Shown in pieces: positions 39,612 through 50,472 of a DNA stretch of 64,000 nucleotides. The translations under genes were made by a program, and so were the position numbers. Each line of letters opens with the position of its first letter. Positions within the stretch are counted from its first letter, which is position 1. The notes below the pieces were generated by a model. That model did no database searches, was not told where the DNA came from, and saw nothing but the letters and a program-made list of their open reading frames with translations. Source of the stretch: Syntrophorhabdaceae bacterium (lineage in GTDB: Bacteria > Desulfobacterota > Syntrophorhabdia > Syntrophorhabdales > Syntrophorhabdaceae); contig OY762209.1 of the NCBI GenBank assembly GCA_963665295.1, positions 1,088,001 to 1,152,000 on the forward strand. Reading direction: 5' to 3'.

Positions 39612-40706
39612 ATGAACAACAGCCTTCCGGACAAAATACAAAATAAGGACCTTCGCGCCATCGCGGAAAAGGTCTCTTCCGGCATCGCGGTAAGCGAGGC
39701 GGACGCCCGAATCATGCTCACCACCACGGATATTCTGGAGCTGGGGCTCATGGCCCACGCGGTAAGGACCCGGCTGCATGGAGACACGGTCTATTACGGC
39801 GTGAACATGAATCTCAACTATACCAACGTGTGCGAGCTTCGATGCCCCCTTTGCGCCTTTTCCTGCTCCGCCGGGGACCCGGGCGCATACACCCTGACCC
39901 TGGACGAGATCGAGTCGAGGGTGAGGGACGCGGCCGCGTCGGGCGTGGACGAGGTCCATATAGTGGGCGGCCTTAACAGGGCCCTTGCCATGGACTATTT
40001 CGAGGAGATGCTCCGAAGGATCAAGGCCGTTGCGCCGGAGATCTTTATCGTGGCCTTCACGGCCGTGGAATACGACTACTTCGCGAGGACCAACAACCTT
40101 TCCCTCGAAGAGGTCTTCACCCGCCTGAAGAACGCGGGTCTGGGCGCTCTCCCCGGAGGCGGGGCGGAGGTCTTTGCCCCCGAGGTGCGGGAGGTCATCG
40201 CTCCGAAGAAGATTTCCGGAAAACGCTGGCTTGAAGTGATGAGGACCGCCCATACCCTGGGACTCAGGACAAACGCGACCCTCCTTTACAACCACCTCGA
40301 AAAGACCGGGGACATCGTGGACCACCTCTCGGCGATTAGGGGCCTCCAGGACGAAACAGGAGGCTTCAAGACCTTCGTGCCCCTCCCCTATCACGACGCC
40401 AATACGGGAATCGGGGCGAGACGCAAGGAGCCCACGGGGTTCGAGGATATCCGTCTTTTCGCCACAAGCCGCATATTCCTCCATAATGTCCCTCACTTGA
40501 AGGCCCTGTGGATGTACCTCGGGGAGAAGATGGCCCAGGTGCTCTTAAGGTTCGGCGTCGATGACTTCGGCGGCACCTATAATTACGAGAAGGTCGTCCA
40601 TTCCGCAGGGGCTTCCACCGCGGACACGGGAAGCGAGGCCCACCTCCGGAGGCTCATAGGGATTTCCGGGTTGAAGGCGGTGAGGACCGTGGCGAGCTAC
40701 GAATGA
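39612..40706 (+). CDS. mqnE: Aminofutalosine synthase (radical SAM)
   Basis: NYTNVCELRCPLCAF, EVHIVGG, PGGGAEVF; operon context. Confidence 0.88.
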   Translation: MNNSLPDKIQNKDLRAIAEKVSSGIAVSEADARIMLTTTDILELGLMAHAVRTRLHGDTVYYGVNMNLNYTNVCELRCPLCAFSCSAGDPGAYTLTLDEIESRVRDAAASGVDEVHIVGGLNRALAMDYFEEMLRRIKAVAPEIFIVAFTAVEYDYFARTNNLSLEEVFTRLKNAGLGALPGGGAEVFAPEVREVIAPKKISGKRWLEVMRTAHTLGLRTNATLLYNHLEKTGDIVDHLSAIRGLQDETGGFKTFVPLPYHDANTGIGARRKEPTGFEDIRLFATSRIFLHNVPHLKALWMYLGEKMAQVLLRFGVDDFGGTYNYEKVVHSAGASTADTGSEAHLRRLIGISGLKAVRTVASYE

Positions 40707-40716
40707 GGCGCACTGC

Positions 40717-41544
40717 ATGAGACTCGGCTATATCGATTACCTGAACTGTTATCCCTTCTACCACCACATGTTCGAGATCGAACCCCTTGCGGGGATAAAG
40801 GTCTTCCCCGCCTATCCGAGCGAGCTGAACCGGATGATCGGGGCGGACGAGCTCGACATGAGCCCCATTTCCGCCGCGGCATACGCGGACCTCGATGGGG
40901 ATGTGACCCTTTTGCCCGAATTCTGCCTCAGTTCGGTGGGTTATGTCCACTCGGTCATCCTGGCGAGCGCGGTCCCCATCGAAGACCTTCACGGGAAGAG
41001 GGTCGGCCTTTCCATGGCCTCCCGCACCTCCGTGGTGTTGTTGAAAATCCTCCTTGAGCGGTACTACGGCCTTCAACCGGTCTACGTCCCCACCGGAGCC
41101 AACCCCTCCCTCGAGGAAAACGGGCTCGACGGAGCGCTCATTATCGGAAACGAGGCCATGATGAGCAGGATCACCCCCTATACCTACGACCTTGGCGACC
41201 TCTGGATGAGGAAAACAGGCCATCCCGTGGTATTTGCCGTCTTTGCCGTGAGGGATTCCGCGCGGGACAGATATTCCGCGGAGATCGACGCGGTCACCGG
41301 CTCCTATCGCCGTTCCCTGGAACGGCTTGACCGGGACCGGGAGACCCTGATCCGGAAGGCAAGGGAGAGGTATCCCTCCATCATATTCGATGTGGACGGG
41401 TACTACCGGGTCCTCAAGTACTCATTCAATGAGGAATTGAGGGACGCCCTCGCCTTTTATCTCAAGACGGCCGCGGAACTGGGCTTCCTGAAAGAGACGG
41501 GAAGAGTGAAGTTTCTCGGTGCGCGGGAAGGGGGGACGCCATGA
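40717..41544 (+). CDS. mqnA: Chorismate dehydratase
   Basis: IDYLNCYP, SRTS, IIGNEA, DLG..W..TGHPVVFA. Confidence 0.9.
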   Translation: MRLGYIDYLNCYPFYHHMFEIEPLAGIKVFPAYPSELNRMIGADELDMSPISAAAYADLDGDVTLLPEFCLSSVGYVHSVILASAVPIEDLHGKRVGLSMASRTSVVLLKILLERYYGLQPVYVPTGANPSLEENGLDGALIIGNEAMMSRITPYTYDLGDLWMRKTGHPVVFAVFAVRDSARDRYSAEIDAVTGSYRRSLERLDRDRETLIRKARERYPSIIFDVDGYYRVLKYSFNEELRDALAFYLKTAAELGFLKETGRVKFLGAREGGTP

Positions 41545-42602
41545 ACGATCTCAGGGAGAAGATATATGCGGGTCTCAGGATAAGCCCCGAAGAGGGGTTG
41601 GAGCTTTTTTCATGGGACCTCATCGAGCTCGGCATGGCCGCGGATTTCCGGAGACAACTCGCGGTTCCGGGCGACCGGGTGGGTTTCATCCTCGACCGGA
41701 TCATCAATTTTACCAACCTCTGCGAAGCCTCGTGCGCCTTTTGCGCCTTCCACGCTCACGCGGGACGGGTCGAGCCCTACGAGCTGACCACAGATGAAGT
41801 GCTTGCCAAGGTGGGCGAGCTTGTCGCCGCAGGAGGGACCCAGGTGATGCTCCAGGGCGGTCTCCATCCCCGCTACGATCTCGCCACCTGCGTTCACCTG
41901 GTAGAGGCGGTCAAGGGCCGCTACCCGGGCGTATACCTTCACTCCTTTTCTCCCGCGGAACTGGTCCATATTGCCCGGAAATCGGGACTTACCCTCGACG
42001 AGGTGGTAGGTCGCCTCAAGGCGGCGGGCCTCGACTCCGTGCCGGGGGCGTCGGACCTGCTCGTTGACCGGATACGGAGCCTGGTAAGCCCGAAGAAACT
42101 GGCCGTTGACGAGTGGCGACAGGTGATGGACACCCTTTCAAGGCATATGCTGAAATCAAGCGCAACCATGACCTACGGCATGGGGGAAACCCTTTCGGAA
42201 AGAATCGCCCACCTTGAGGTGGTGCGCTCCGTCCAGGACCGGACCGGAATAATCCGGGCCTTCATCCCCTGGTCTTTCTCCCCCGCCTACACGGACATGG
42301 CGGACACGGAGCCCGCGACGGGCATCGATTACCTCAAAGTGACCGCCGTTTCCCGCATCTTTCTCGACAATGTGAGATATATTCAGACGGGATGGCTCAC
42401 CGAGGGCAAGAAGCTGGCCCAGATCGCCCTTGCCTTGGGCGCCAACGATATGGGCGGGGTCCTCATGGAAGAGACCGTGGTAAAGGCGGCGGGCGTGACG
42501 AACGAGGCGACCATGGCGGAATTCATCGACCTCATAAAAGACGCGGGCAGGGTCCCTGTGCAGAGAGACTCGGACTACCGGGAAATAAAGGTCTTTTCAT
42601 GA
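41541..42602 (+). CDS. mqnC: Cyclic dehypoxanthine futalosine synthase (radical SAM)
   Basis: DRIINFTNLCEASCAFCAF, LQGGLHP, FIPWSF. Confidence 0.88.
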   Translation: MNDLREKIYAGLRISPEEGLELFSWDLIELGMAADFRRQLAVPGDRVGFILDRIINFTNLCEASCAFCAFHAHAGRVEPYELTTDEVLAKVGELVAAGGTQVMLQGGLHPRYDLATCVHLVEAVKGRYPGVYLHSFSPAELVHIARKSGLTLDEVVGRLKAAGLDSVPGASDLLVDRIRSLVSPKKLAVDEWRQVMDTLSRHMLKSSATMTYGMGETLSERIAHLEVVRSVQDRTGIIRAFIPWSFSPAYTDMADTEPATGIDYLKVTAVSRIFLDNVRYIQTGWLTEGKKLAQIALALGANDMGGVLMEETVVKAAGVTNEATMAEFIDLIKDAGRVPVQRDSDYREIKVFS

Positions 42603-43408
42603 GCGACAAGCCCTTCGGCGACCTCGACATCGCCTTTTCCCCCTGTCCGAATGATACCTTTATCTTCCATGCCCTGATAACCGGCGCCATCGATGCCGCC
42701 CCGATTCGTCCGACCCCTGTTATCGAGGACGTGGAGGAGCTGAACAGCCGGGCCTTCGCGCGCACCCACGAGGTGACGAAACTCTCTTTCTATACCGCCA
42801 TGAGAGTGAAGGAAGACTATGAGATCCTCGACGCGGGCGCTGCTCTCGGTTACGGGTGCGGTCCCCTTGTCGTCGCGAATACGCGCATGAAATCCTTGAA
42901 AGACGCCCGGATCGCCGTTCCGGGCCGCTTCACCACCGCCTACCTGTTGCTCCGACTCTGGCAGGAGGGGTGCGAAAACGTGGTCTTTACGAGATTCGAC
43001 GACATTCTCCCCGGTGTGGCGGAAGGAAGGTACGACGCGGGCCTTATCATCCACGAGGGAAGGTTTGTCTATCCCGCATACAACTGTGTGGAGATCATCG
43101 ACCTCGGAAAATGGTGGGAATCGGAGACGGGCCTTCCCATACCTCTCGGATGCATAGCCCTCCGCCGGGACCTGATGGAGCATAAAAGCGCCATGGAGGC
43201 CCTACTCAGGAAATCCATCGAATACGCCCGCGAAAACCCCGACGCCTCGAAAGGGTTCATTGCGAGCCATGCCCAGGAGATGGACGATCAGGTGATAAGG
43301 GACCACATTGCCCTCTATGTGAACGACTTCACCCTTTCCCTGGGTTTGACGGGTGCGAGGGCGATCGAGGCCCTCGAAGAGCGGGCCCTCCGCCGGGGGG
43401 TCCTGTGA
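42599..43408 (+). CDS. mqnD: 1,4-dihydroxy-6-naphthoate synthase
   Basis: SPCPNDTFIF, IIHEGRF, LPIPLG, HIALYVN. Confidence 0.95.
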   Translation: MSDKPFGDLDIAFSPCPNDTFIFHALITGAIDAAPIRPTPVIEDVEELNSRAFARTHEVTKLSFYTAMRVKEDYEILDAGAALGYGCGPLVVANTRMKSLKDARIAVPGRFTTAYLLLRLWQEGCENVVFTRFDDILPGVAEGRYDAGLIIHEGRFVYPAYNCVEIIDLGKWWESETGLPIPLGCIALRRDLMEHKSAMEALLRKSIEYARENPDASKGFIASHAQEMDDQVIRDHIALYVNDFTLSLGLTGARAIEALEERALRRGVL

Positions 43409-44019
43409 TAGGCCTCGTTATGGCAACCGAACTCGAGGCGGCCCCCTTCATAAGGGAGATACCCCTCGTCATGGGGGAGTCCGACCCCTTCAGGGTCTAT
43501 GGGAACCGCCGGTTCCGCCTGATCATCTCGGGGATCGGCAAGGCGAATGCGGCCATGGCGTCGGCCTATCTCATACGGGCTTTCCAGCCGGAGTTCGTGG
43601 TCAATCTGGGGGCTTCGGGGGCGACGGGCATTGGCCCTGAACTCGGGCAGTGTTACCACATTACGAAGGTGATCGAACCGGACCGGCCCGACCTCAGGAC
43701 GGACGTGCCCCACGAACATGTGCCGGACATCCTTGCGGGCTTCCCTGTCGCGACCCTTGCGACCCAGGACCGGCCCGTGCGCCGTGCCGCGGAGAGGCGC
43801 AAGCTCGCGGCGAGGGCTGAACTGGTGGATATGGAGGGGGCGTCGGTGGTCCAGGCGTGCGCTGCCTTCCATGTGAAGTGCTTCCTCTTCAAGTTCGTCT
43901 CGGACACCCCGAAACAAAGCGACGTCGTCAGAAATATACAGGAGCACCGGGACGCCTTCTACCGCTTCTTCGCCCGCTCCGCCCTGCCCGAACTGCTCGG
44001 GGCCGTGAGGGAAGGGTAG
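43405..44019 (+). CDS. MTA/SAH- or futalosine-nucleosidase family protein
   Basis: SGIGKANAA, VDMEGA, KFVSD; last gene of mqn operon. Confidence 0.82.
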   Translation: MIGLVMATELEAAPFIREIPLVMGESDPFRVYGNRRFRLIISGIGKANAAMASAYLIRAFQPEFVVNLGASGATGIGPELGQCYHITKVIEPDRPDLRTDVPHEHVPDILAGFPVATLATQDRPVRRAAERRKLAARAELVDMEGASVVQACAAFHVKCFLFKFVSDTPKQSDVVRNIQEHRDAFYRFFARSALPELLGAVREG

Positions 44020-44070
44020 TCTCTTCTCGCCCAGCCTTGTGTGCGTTGTCTGTCTTGTGTACTCTTGGAC

Positions 44071-44208
44071 GGATCGCCGCACGGGACGAAAACGCTATCT
44101 CCGCCGCTCTGCAAAGGTACGCGTGCTCCACCGTACACCAAGTACGGCTCCGCCCAGCGAACCTTCACAGAGCAACGAATCTAGCGTCTCCGCCCCGTGC
44201 GGCGATCC
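44071..44208. repeat. 138-bp imperfect palindrome (REP/MITE-like)
   Basis: GGATCGCCGCACGGG/CCCGTGCGGCGATCC outer stem, inner stems, central CCGTAC-N5-GTACGG. Confidence 0.85.
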
Positions 44209-44240
44209 ACTCGACCCGGCAGCAATTAATCAAAAGAACT

Positions 44241-44403
44241 AATGGTGCCGGTAGATTTGCACCAGGGGAGAGGCAGGCCCGCCAATATGGCGACAGTGCG
44301 TACCGCCACCCCGGCCACGGAATGATACCGGTAGATCAGGGCCACAGGCAGAAGGGGCCCGCCAATATGGCGACAGTGCGTATTGCCACCCCGGCCACGG
44401 AAT
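44241..44403. repeat. 80-bp tandem repeat x2 with 19-nt variable segment
   Basis: 44241-44320 vs 44321-44400 near-identical except 44257-44275 / 44337-44355. Confidence 0.9.
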
Positions 44404-44423
44404 AGACGCCGGGGCACAACAGT

Positions 44424-45002
44424 TTAGTCCGACATGGGGCGGGGTATGAGGACGCCGGGGGGGACGCGGGTGGAATAGAAACCGGTGCCTGTGGTGATCG
44501 CCTGTTCCACATCGCTTTCGTAGGTGTCCACCTGTTCATCTATGAGGCTTTCCAATAGCCCCTGGTTTACTTTGCCTTCCTTTTGCATGGCTTCAACCTC
44601 CTCGATGGTGGTGAGGGGGTAGAGATGTTTGTAATAGTCGATGTAGGTTTTGAGGGCCTTGAGGCCCTCGGCCTGTTTCCCTTCCTTCAGGAAGACCAGG
44701 GCCTTGTAGCCCGCAACGCGGGGATAGGTGTAGCTCCTCCCTTCCATCTTTTCAGCCTCCTTGAGGTAGCCCTCCGCCGCAGGGAGGTCGTTCATCTTGT
44801 AGCTTGCAGTTGCGGCATATGCGAAAGGGGCGGCCCGTTTTTGTTCCGAGGCCTTGACGAACAATGCCCTGGCCCGGGCATACTCGCCCTGCTTCAGGAG
44901 GTTCTTGCCTTCGGAAATATCGCTTCTGTAAATGGTATAGGTGGTGGTGCAGGCGGCAAGGCCCATGGCGACGACAATGCCTGCAACGAGGATCATCTTC
45001 AT
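44424..45002 (-). CDS. Helical-repeat (TPR-like) lipoprotein
   Basis: Lipobox LAAC, helical repeats. Confidence 0.75.
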   Translation of the reverse strand: MKMILVAGIVVAMGLAACTTTYTIYRSDISEGKNLLKQGEYARARALFVKASEQKRAAPFAYAATASYKMNDLPAAEGYLKEAEKMEGRSYTYPRVAGYKALVFLKEGKQAEGLKALKTYIDYYKHLYPLTTIEEVEAMQKEGKVNQGLLESLIDEQVDTYESDVEQAITTGTGFYSTRVPPGVLIPRPMSD

Positions 45003-45204
45003 GCCCGTTCCTCCTGAGTGCCTCCGCCGGGCCCTTGAGCCCGGAGACGGTGTCGATGGGTATCTCTCTACTTCGTAATCACTTCCCGGCTGTTGTCAAG
45101 AAGGGCGGGGAGGCGGCCCCGGACCCGTTTTGCCGAAACGGTACTTATATCCGGTAGTTGCCTCTAATATGCTTGACTTTTGACACCGATACCGGTATTT
45201 AATT

Positions 45205-45362
45205 ATAAGCGAGTGGCATAATTGCCTTCATAGGGAAAACGGTAAAAGCCGTTACGGAACCCGCCGCTGTAACCGGGGACGAACGCTGCGGTACCCACTG
45301 TCCGGACAGGACGGGAAGGGGCGGCAAGTAGAATGATCCGGAAGTCAGAAGACCTGCTCGCG
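45205..45362 (+). ncRNA. Cobalamin riboswitch
   Basis: AGGGAA, CCCGCCGCTGTAA, CCACTG, GGGAAGG, AAGTCAGAAGACCTGC upstream of cob/cbi operon. Confidence 0.93.
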
Positions 45363-45426
45363 CGATCATAGAAACTATGCCCTGCGTGGAAAACGGGGTG
45401 TGGCCCGACTGAGGATGGAAAACGGC

Positions 45427-45464
45427 ATCCCCGGAACCTGTAATGGTTTCGGGGATTTTGTTTT
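45427..45464 (+). terminator. Intrinsic terminator (riboswitch expression platform)
   Basis: ATCCCCGGAACC-TGTAAT-GGTTTCGGGGAT then TTTGTTTT. Confidence 0.7.
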
Positions 45465-45481
45465 GGTGAGAGGGATTGCCC

Positions 45482-48058
45482 ATGAACCACGGACATGGAG
45501 GAAACATCAGAAAATTGGCGTTTGAGGCGGGATGCGATGACCGCGATATCCTTGACTTCAGCGCGAGCATCAACCCTCTTGGTCCGCCCGAGTGCGTACG
45601 TCGTGTGATAAGCCGGAGCCTCGAGGATATCGTCCATTATCCCGACCCCCGCTGCACCGGACTTGCGGAGGCCCTTGCTTCACGCTTTTCCCTTGACCCG
45701 GACAGGATAGTGGCGGGAAACGGGTCGGAAGAGCTTCTTTTTGCCGTGCCCCGCGCGATCAAGGCAACCCGCGCACTCATACCGGTGCCCTGCTACATGG
45801 ATTACGAGACCGCCGCCCTCCGTTCAGGGCTCCCGGTGAAGCGCGTGGTCATGGACGCGGACGATGGTTTTGCCCTCGACCTGGAGCGTCTTTCAGAGGA
45901 TATACGCGACAGGGATGTGGTCTTTCTCGGACAGCCCAACAACCCTACGGGCCGTCTCCTGGATGGAGCCTTGCTTACGGAACTGGCGCGCCGTCACCCC
46001 TCGGCGTTCTTCATGGTGGACGAGGCCTTCGCGGATTTTGTGGGCGGCTACACGAGCCTCTGCCATAACCCTCCGGAAAATATGATCGTTTTGCGGTCCA
46101 TGACGAAGTTTTACGCCATTCCCGGTCTCAGGGTGGGTTATGCGGTAACGTCCCTTCCTCTGGCGGAGGCCCTCCGGGCCGACCTCCCTCCCTGGTCTGT
46201 GAATGCCCTTGCCCAGGCCGTGGCAAAGGCCGTCCTCCATGATGAGGGGTATGCGAAAAGGACGGTAAGCGAGACGGCCCGCTTGAGGTCAGGGCTTGAG
46301 CCCCGCCTTTCCGGTCTCCCCGGACTTCACGTTTTCCCCGCAGCCGCCAACTACCTGCTCGTCCGCATCGACCGGGCGGGCACGGACGCCCGTGATCTGG
46401 GCCGGAAGCTCCTCGAGCAGGGCATTGCCATCCGTATCTGCCATAACATGGCGGGCCTCGACACGCGTTATTTCCGCGTGGCGGTGCGCTTGGAAGAAGA
46501 GAATGAAAGACTCCTCGCGGCCCTGTCGGAGGCCCTTGGGGTCCCGGAGAAGGGGTCCGCGAAAAGGCGCGGCAAGAAACCGGCCCTCATGTTTCAGGGA
46601 ACCTCCTCCAATGCGGGGAAGAGCGTGCTTACCGCCGCCCTGTGCCGCATACTCAGGCAGGACGGGGTTCGGGTGGCGCCGTTCAAGGCCCAGAACATGT
46701 CGTTGAACTCCCATGTAACCCCTGACGGGGGCGAGATCGGAAGGGCTCAGGCCCTTCAGGCCCAGGCATGTCGCATCGATTCCGATGTGCGCATGAACCC
46801 GGTCCTCCTCAAGCCCAATTCGGAGACAGGCTCCCAGGTGATTGTGAGGGGCAGACCCGTAGGCAACATGAGCGTGGGCGAATATATCAGGTTCAAGACG
46901 GAACTGGTAAAAGAGGCGTGGGCCTGCTATGATTCCCTGTCCGCCGAATATGATTGCCTCATTATCGAGGGCGCAGGCAGCCCCGGAGAGGTGAACCTCA
47001 AGTCCCACGACATGGTCAATATGTCTATGGCCCGGTATGCGGAAGCACCCGTGCTCCTTGTGGGCGACATTGACCGGGGAGGGGTTTTTGCCTCCTTTGT
47101 GGGGACCATGGAGGTGCTGGAAGAGTGGGAGAGGGCCCTCATCACCGGTTTTGTGGTGAACCGGTTCCGGGGAGACGCACGGCTTCTCACGCCCGCCCTC
47201 GACTACACCCTGGCCCACACAGGCAAGCCCGTAATCGGGGTGATCCCCTTTTTCGAGGACCTCGGGCTTCAGGAAGAAGACTCCGTATCGTTCAAGGAAG
47301 GGGCCATGCTGAGGCGGGGCCCGGCCGGCGGAAACCGGAAGCTCCTCGACGTGGCCGTGTGCGACCTCCCCCATATCTCCAACTTTACCGACTTTGACGC
47401 CCTCAGGGTGGAGAAGGATATCGCAATAAGGCTCGTCCGCCGGGCGGATGACCTGGGGGCTCCCGACCTTCTCATACTCCCGGGGAGCAAGAACGTTGCA
47501 GGGGATATGGAATTTCTCCGTAAAAGCGGCATGACCGGGAAGATCGCGGACCTTACGGCAAAGACAACCATTATCGGCATCTGCGGGGGGTTTCAGATGC
47601 TGGGCAAAGAGATACTCGACCCCCACGGTCTCGAATCTTCGCGTATGAGCACCCCGGGCCTCGCCCTTCTCGACATGAAAACAGAACTGGCGGAAGAGAA
47701 GACGTTGCGGAGAACCGAAGGGATTCACACGGCTTCGGGTCACAGGATTTTCGGCTATGAGATCCACCACGGCCAAAGCACAGGGCAGGGGCAATCGGTC
47801 CTTGCCCGGGGAAACGACGGCTTTCCCCTCGCCTTCGGGGCCCCCGGAGAGAGGACCTGGGGCACCTACCTCCACGGCATTTTCGACGCTGATGAATTCA
47901 GGCGGTGGCTCATCGACGGGCTCCGGGAAAGGCGCGGCCTGAAGCCGTTGGGACGGGTATGCGCGGTCTACGATGTGGAGGCGGCCCTCGACAGGCTCGC
48001 CGCCAGGGTCAGGACGGCCCTCGACATGGACTACATATACAGGATCATGGGATTATGA
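45482..48058 (+). CDS. cobQ: Threonine-phosphate decarboxylase-cobyric acid synthase fusion
   Basis: [18 protein letters not shown]; then [32 protein letters not shown]. Confidence 0.95.
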   Translation: MNHGHGGNIRKLAFEAGCDDRDILDFSASINPLGPPECVRRVISRSLEDIVHYPDPRCTGLAEALASRFSLDPDRIVAGNGSEELLFAVPRAIKATRALIPVPCYMDYETAALRSGLPVKRVVMDADDGFALDLERLSEDIRDRDVVFLGQPNNPTGRLLDGALLTELARRHPSAFFMVDEAFADFVGGYTSLCHNPPENMIVLRSMTKFYAIPGLRVGYAVTSLPLAEALRADLPPWSVNALAQAVAKAVLHDEGYAKRTVSETARLRSGLEPRLSGLPGLHVFPAAANYLLVRIDRAGTDARDLGRKLLEQGIAIRICHNMAGLDTRYFRVAVRLEEENERLLAALSEALGVPEKGSAKRRGKKPALMFQGTSSNAGKSVLTAALCRILRQDGVRVAPFKAQNMSLNSHVTPDGGEIGRAQALQAQACRIDSDVRMNPVLLKPNSETGSQVIVRGRPVGNMSVGEYIRFKTELVKEAWACYDSLSAEYDCLIIEGAGSPGEVNLKSHDMVNMSMARYAEAPVLLVGDIDRGGVFASFVGTMEVLEEWERALITGFVVNRFRGDARLLTPALDYTLAHTGKPVIGVIPFFEDLGLQEEDSVSFKEGAMLRRGPAGGNRKLLDVAVCDLPHISNFTDFDALRVEKDIAIRLVRRADDLGAPDLLILPGSKNVAGDMEFLRKSGMTGKIADLTAKTTIIGICGGFQMLGKEILDPHGLESSRMSTPGLALLDMKTELAEEKTLRRTEGIHTASGHRIFGYEIHHGQSTGQGQSVLARGNDGFPLAFGAPGERTWGTYLHGIFDADEFRRWLIDGLRERRGLKPLGRVCAVYDVEAALDRLAARVRTALDMDYIYRIMGL

Positions 48059-49026
48059 TGGAGACGGCGGTCTATGTCATATGCGCCCTCGCAGCGGACG
48101 CGCTGATCGGCGATCCGCGATGGCTGCCCCATCCTGTCCGGCTCATCGGCAGGACCGCCCTTGCCCTCGAACCCCTGTGGAGGCGGATTATTCCCGCGCC
48201 GAAGGCGGCGGGTATCGCCACGGCCGCCACCATCGTCATGGGAACGGGGGTCGTGGGCTTTCTCTTCCTTCGCGGGGCGTTCATGGTCCACCCGTGGCTC
48301 GGCCACGGGCTTTCCGTCTACCTCATCTATGCATCCATCGCGGCGAGAGACCTGTCGCGCCACAGTGACCGTGTGCGGCGGCTTCTCGTCAAAGGCGACC
48401 TGCCGGGCGCGCGCCGGGCCGTGGCCATGATAGTGGGCAGGGATACGGAGCGCCTCGACGAGGCGGGCGTGGTCCGGGCAACAGTGGAATCAGTGGCGGA
48501 AAATATTGTGGATGGGGTGACTGCGCCCCTCTTTTATGCCGTGGTCGCCGGTCCTCTGGGCGCGATCGTTTACCGGGCGGTGAACACCCTCGATTCCACC
48601 TTCGGCTACAAGAACGCGCAGTACCTGCAGTTCGGCTGGGCCTCGGCGAGGCTCGACGACCTTGCAAACGGGCTTCCTGCCCGGGTCACGGCGCCCTTTG
48701 TGGCCCTTGCCGCATGTATCCTGGGCCTCGACGGAAGACGGTCCTGGGCCATCATGGTGCGGGACAGACGAAGACATGCCAGCCCCAATTCGGGCTATAC
48801 GGAAGCGGCGGTGGCGGGCGCCCTCGGGGTGCAGCTTGGAGGACGGAGTTATTATTTCGGCAAAGCCTCCGACAAGCCCCTGATCGGCGTTGCCCTTGCC
48901 GCCCTTATCCCCCGGCGTATCATAGAGACGAACCGCGTCATGTGGGTCACGGTGCTTTCCTATACGTGTTTCGGTCTCGCAGCATACCAACTGGTCCGGT
49001 ACATCTTTTACGGTGCAAGGGGATGA
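48055..49026 (+). CDS. cbiB: Adenosylcobinamide-phosphate synthase
   Basis: GDP..HPV, IVGRDT, ESVAEN, NTLDS, SPNSG. Confidence 0.95.
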   Translation: MMETAVYVICALAADALIGDPRWLPHPVRLIGRTALALEPLWRRIIPAPKAAGIATAATIVMGTGVVGFLFLRGAFMVHPWLGHGLSVYLIYASIAARDLSRHSDRVRRLLVKGDLPGARRAVAMIVGRDTERLDEAGVVRATVESVAENIVDGVTAPLFYAVVAGPLGAIVYRAVNTLDSTFGYKNAQYLQFGWASARLDDLANGLPARVTAPFVALAACILGLDGRRSWAIMVRDRRRHASPNSGYTEAAVAGALGVQLGGRSYYFGKASDKPLIGVALAALIPRRIIETNRVMWVTVLSYTCFGLAAYQLVRYIFYGARG

Positions 49027-49086
49027 CGGCATGAGGGAGAAATATCCGGGGATCATTGCAGGAGCACCTGCCGGGGAGGGCGCAAA

Positions 49087-50472
49087 ATGGTAAACATCAC
49101 CTGCCCGCGCATCGTTATTGCAGGCACCAAGAGCGGCGTGGGGAAGACAAGCCTCTCCCTCGGGATCGCACGGGCCTTTGCGAGACGGGGCGTAAAGGTG
49201 CAGACCTTCAAGGTGGGACCCGACTTTCTTGACCCCACGCACCTGACCCGCGCCTCGGGAAGACCCTGTTACAACCTCGATACGTGGATGATGGGGCGGG
49301 AATATGCCCTCGGCCTCTTTGCCCGCGCTACGGCCGACGCCGATCTCGCAATTGTGGAAGGGGTAATGGGCCTTTTTGACGGATATGACCCGGAGAGTTC
49401 AAGGGGAAGCACGGCGGAAATGGCGGACTTTCTCCGCGCCCCTCTTCTCCTTGTGGTGAACGCCCACGGGATGGCAAGGAGCGTCGCGGCCCTGGTAAAG
49501 GGGTACGCCGAATTTGAAAAAGGGGCGGACCTTGCAGGCGTCATTATCAACCAGTGCGGCTCGGAGAAACACGGGGCCCAACTCGCCGCGTCTCTCCGGG
49601 GGGCTTTATTGCCGCCCGTTGTGGGCGCCTTGCCTCGCGGCGGCCTGCCCTCCCTACCGAGCCGGCACCTCGGCCTTGTCGCTGCCGACGACACCCTGCC
49701 CGGCGACGGCAGGCTCGATGCCCTTGCCGACGCGGTGGAAAAACACCTTTCCCTGGAGCAGATGCTCCGGATAAGCCGGTCTGCCCCATCCCTTGCAGTG
49801 CCCGATCCCATAACGTCCGGCCCGAAGGACCCGGTTCGCCTGGGCATTGCGAAGGACGAGGCCTTTCATTTCTACTATCAGGACCTCTTCGACGCCCTTG
49901 CGGAGCAGGGCTGCGAGACCGTCTTCTTCTCCCCTCTTCACGAGGGAAGGCTGCCGGACCGCTTGGACGGTCTTTACATCGGCGGCGGATACCCCGAGGA
50001 GTACGGGGCCGCTCTTTCGGAAAACCAGGCCATGAAGGACGCAATTCGCACCTTTGCTCGTGATAGGCGTCCTGTGTATGGAGAGTGCGGCGGCCTCATG
50101 TATCTTAGTGAAGGTGTCATAACGGAAGGCAGGTCGTACCCCTTGACCGGGCTTCTCCCGGTGTGGACGCGCATGCTCGGCCGGAGGAAGACCCTTGGCT
50201 ACCAGGAGGTCGCGCTCTCGGGAGACACGCTCCTCGGCGTTGCGGGGACGCAGCTCAGGGGCCATGAGTTCCACTACTCCGACATGGAAAGTGACCCTGC
50301 GGGCCGGGATGGCTGGGAGACCGTGTACCGCGTGAAGAGGCCTCTTGGTGATGAAAGGCCCCCTGAGGGATATTGCCGCGACGAGATCCTCGCAAGCTAT
50401 ATCCACCTTCACCTTGCTTCCAGGCCCGGGTCGATTACCCATTTCCTTAATAGATGCAGGAGGCGAAGATGA
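49087..50472 (+). CDS. cbiA: Cobyrinate a,c-diamide synthase
   Basis: SGVGKT, KVGPDFLDP, EGVMGLFDG, ECGGLMYL. Confidence 0.95.
   Translation: MVNITCPRIVIAGTKSGVGKTSLSLGIARAFARRGVKVQTFKVGPDFLDPTHLTRASGRPCYNLDTWMMGREYALGLFARATADADLAIVEGVMGLFDGYDPESSRGSTAEMADFLRAPLLLVVNAHGMARSVAALVKGYAEFEKGADLAGVIINQCGSEKHGAQLAASLRGALLPPVVGALPRGGLPSLPSRHLGLVAADDTLPGDGRLDALADAVEKHLSLEQMLRISRSAPSLAVPDPITSGPKDPVRLGIAKDEAFHFYYQDLFDALAEQGCETVFFSPLHEGRLPDRLDGLYIGGGYPEEYGAALSENQAMKDAIRTFARDRRPVYGECGGLMYLSEGVITEGRSYPLTGLLPVWTRMLGRRKTLGYQEVALSGDTLLGVAGTQLRGHEFHYSDMESDPAGRDGWETVYRVKRPLGDERPPEGYCRDEILASYIHLHLASRPGSITHFLNRCRRRR

Noticed and set aside
44241..44403. CRISPR array
   Set aside because: Repeat ~61 nt, spacer 19 nt, two units, no cas genes
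46289..47875. Long antisense ORFs (also 9988-11382, 13756-15015, 24458-25717)
   Set aside because: High-GC shadow frames opposite well-supported genes, no motifs
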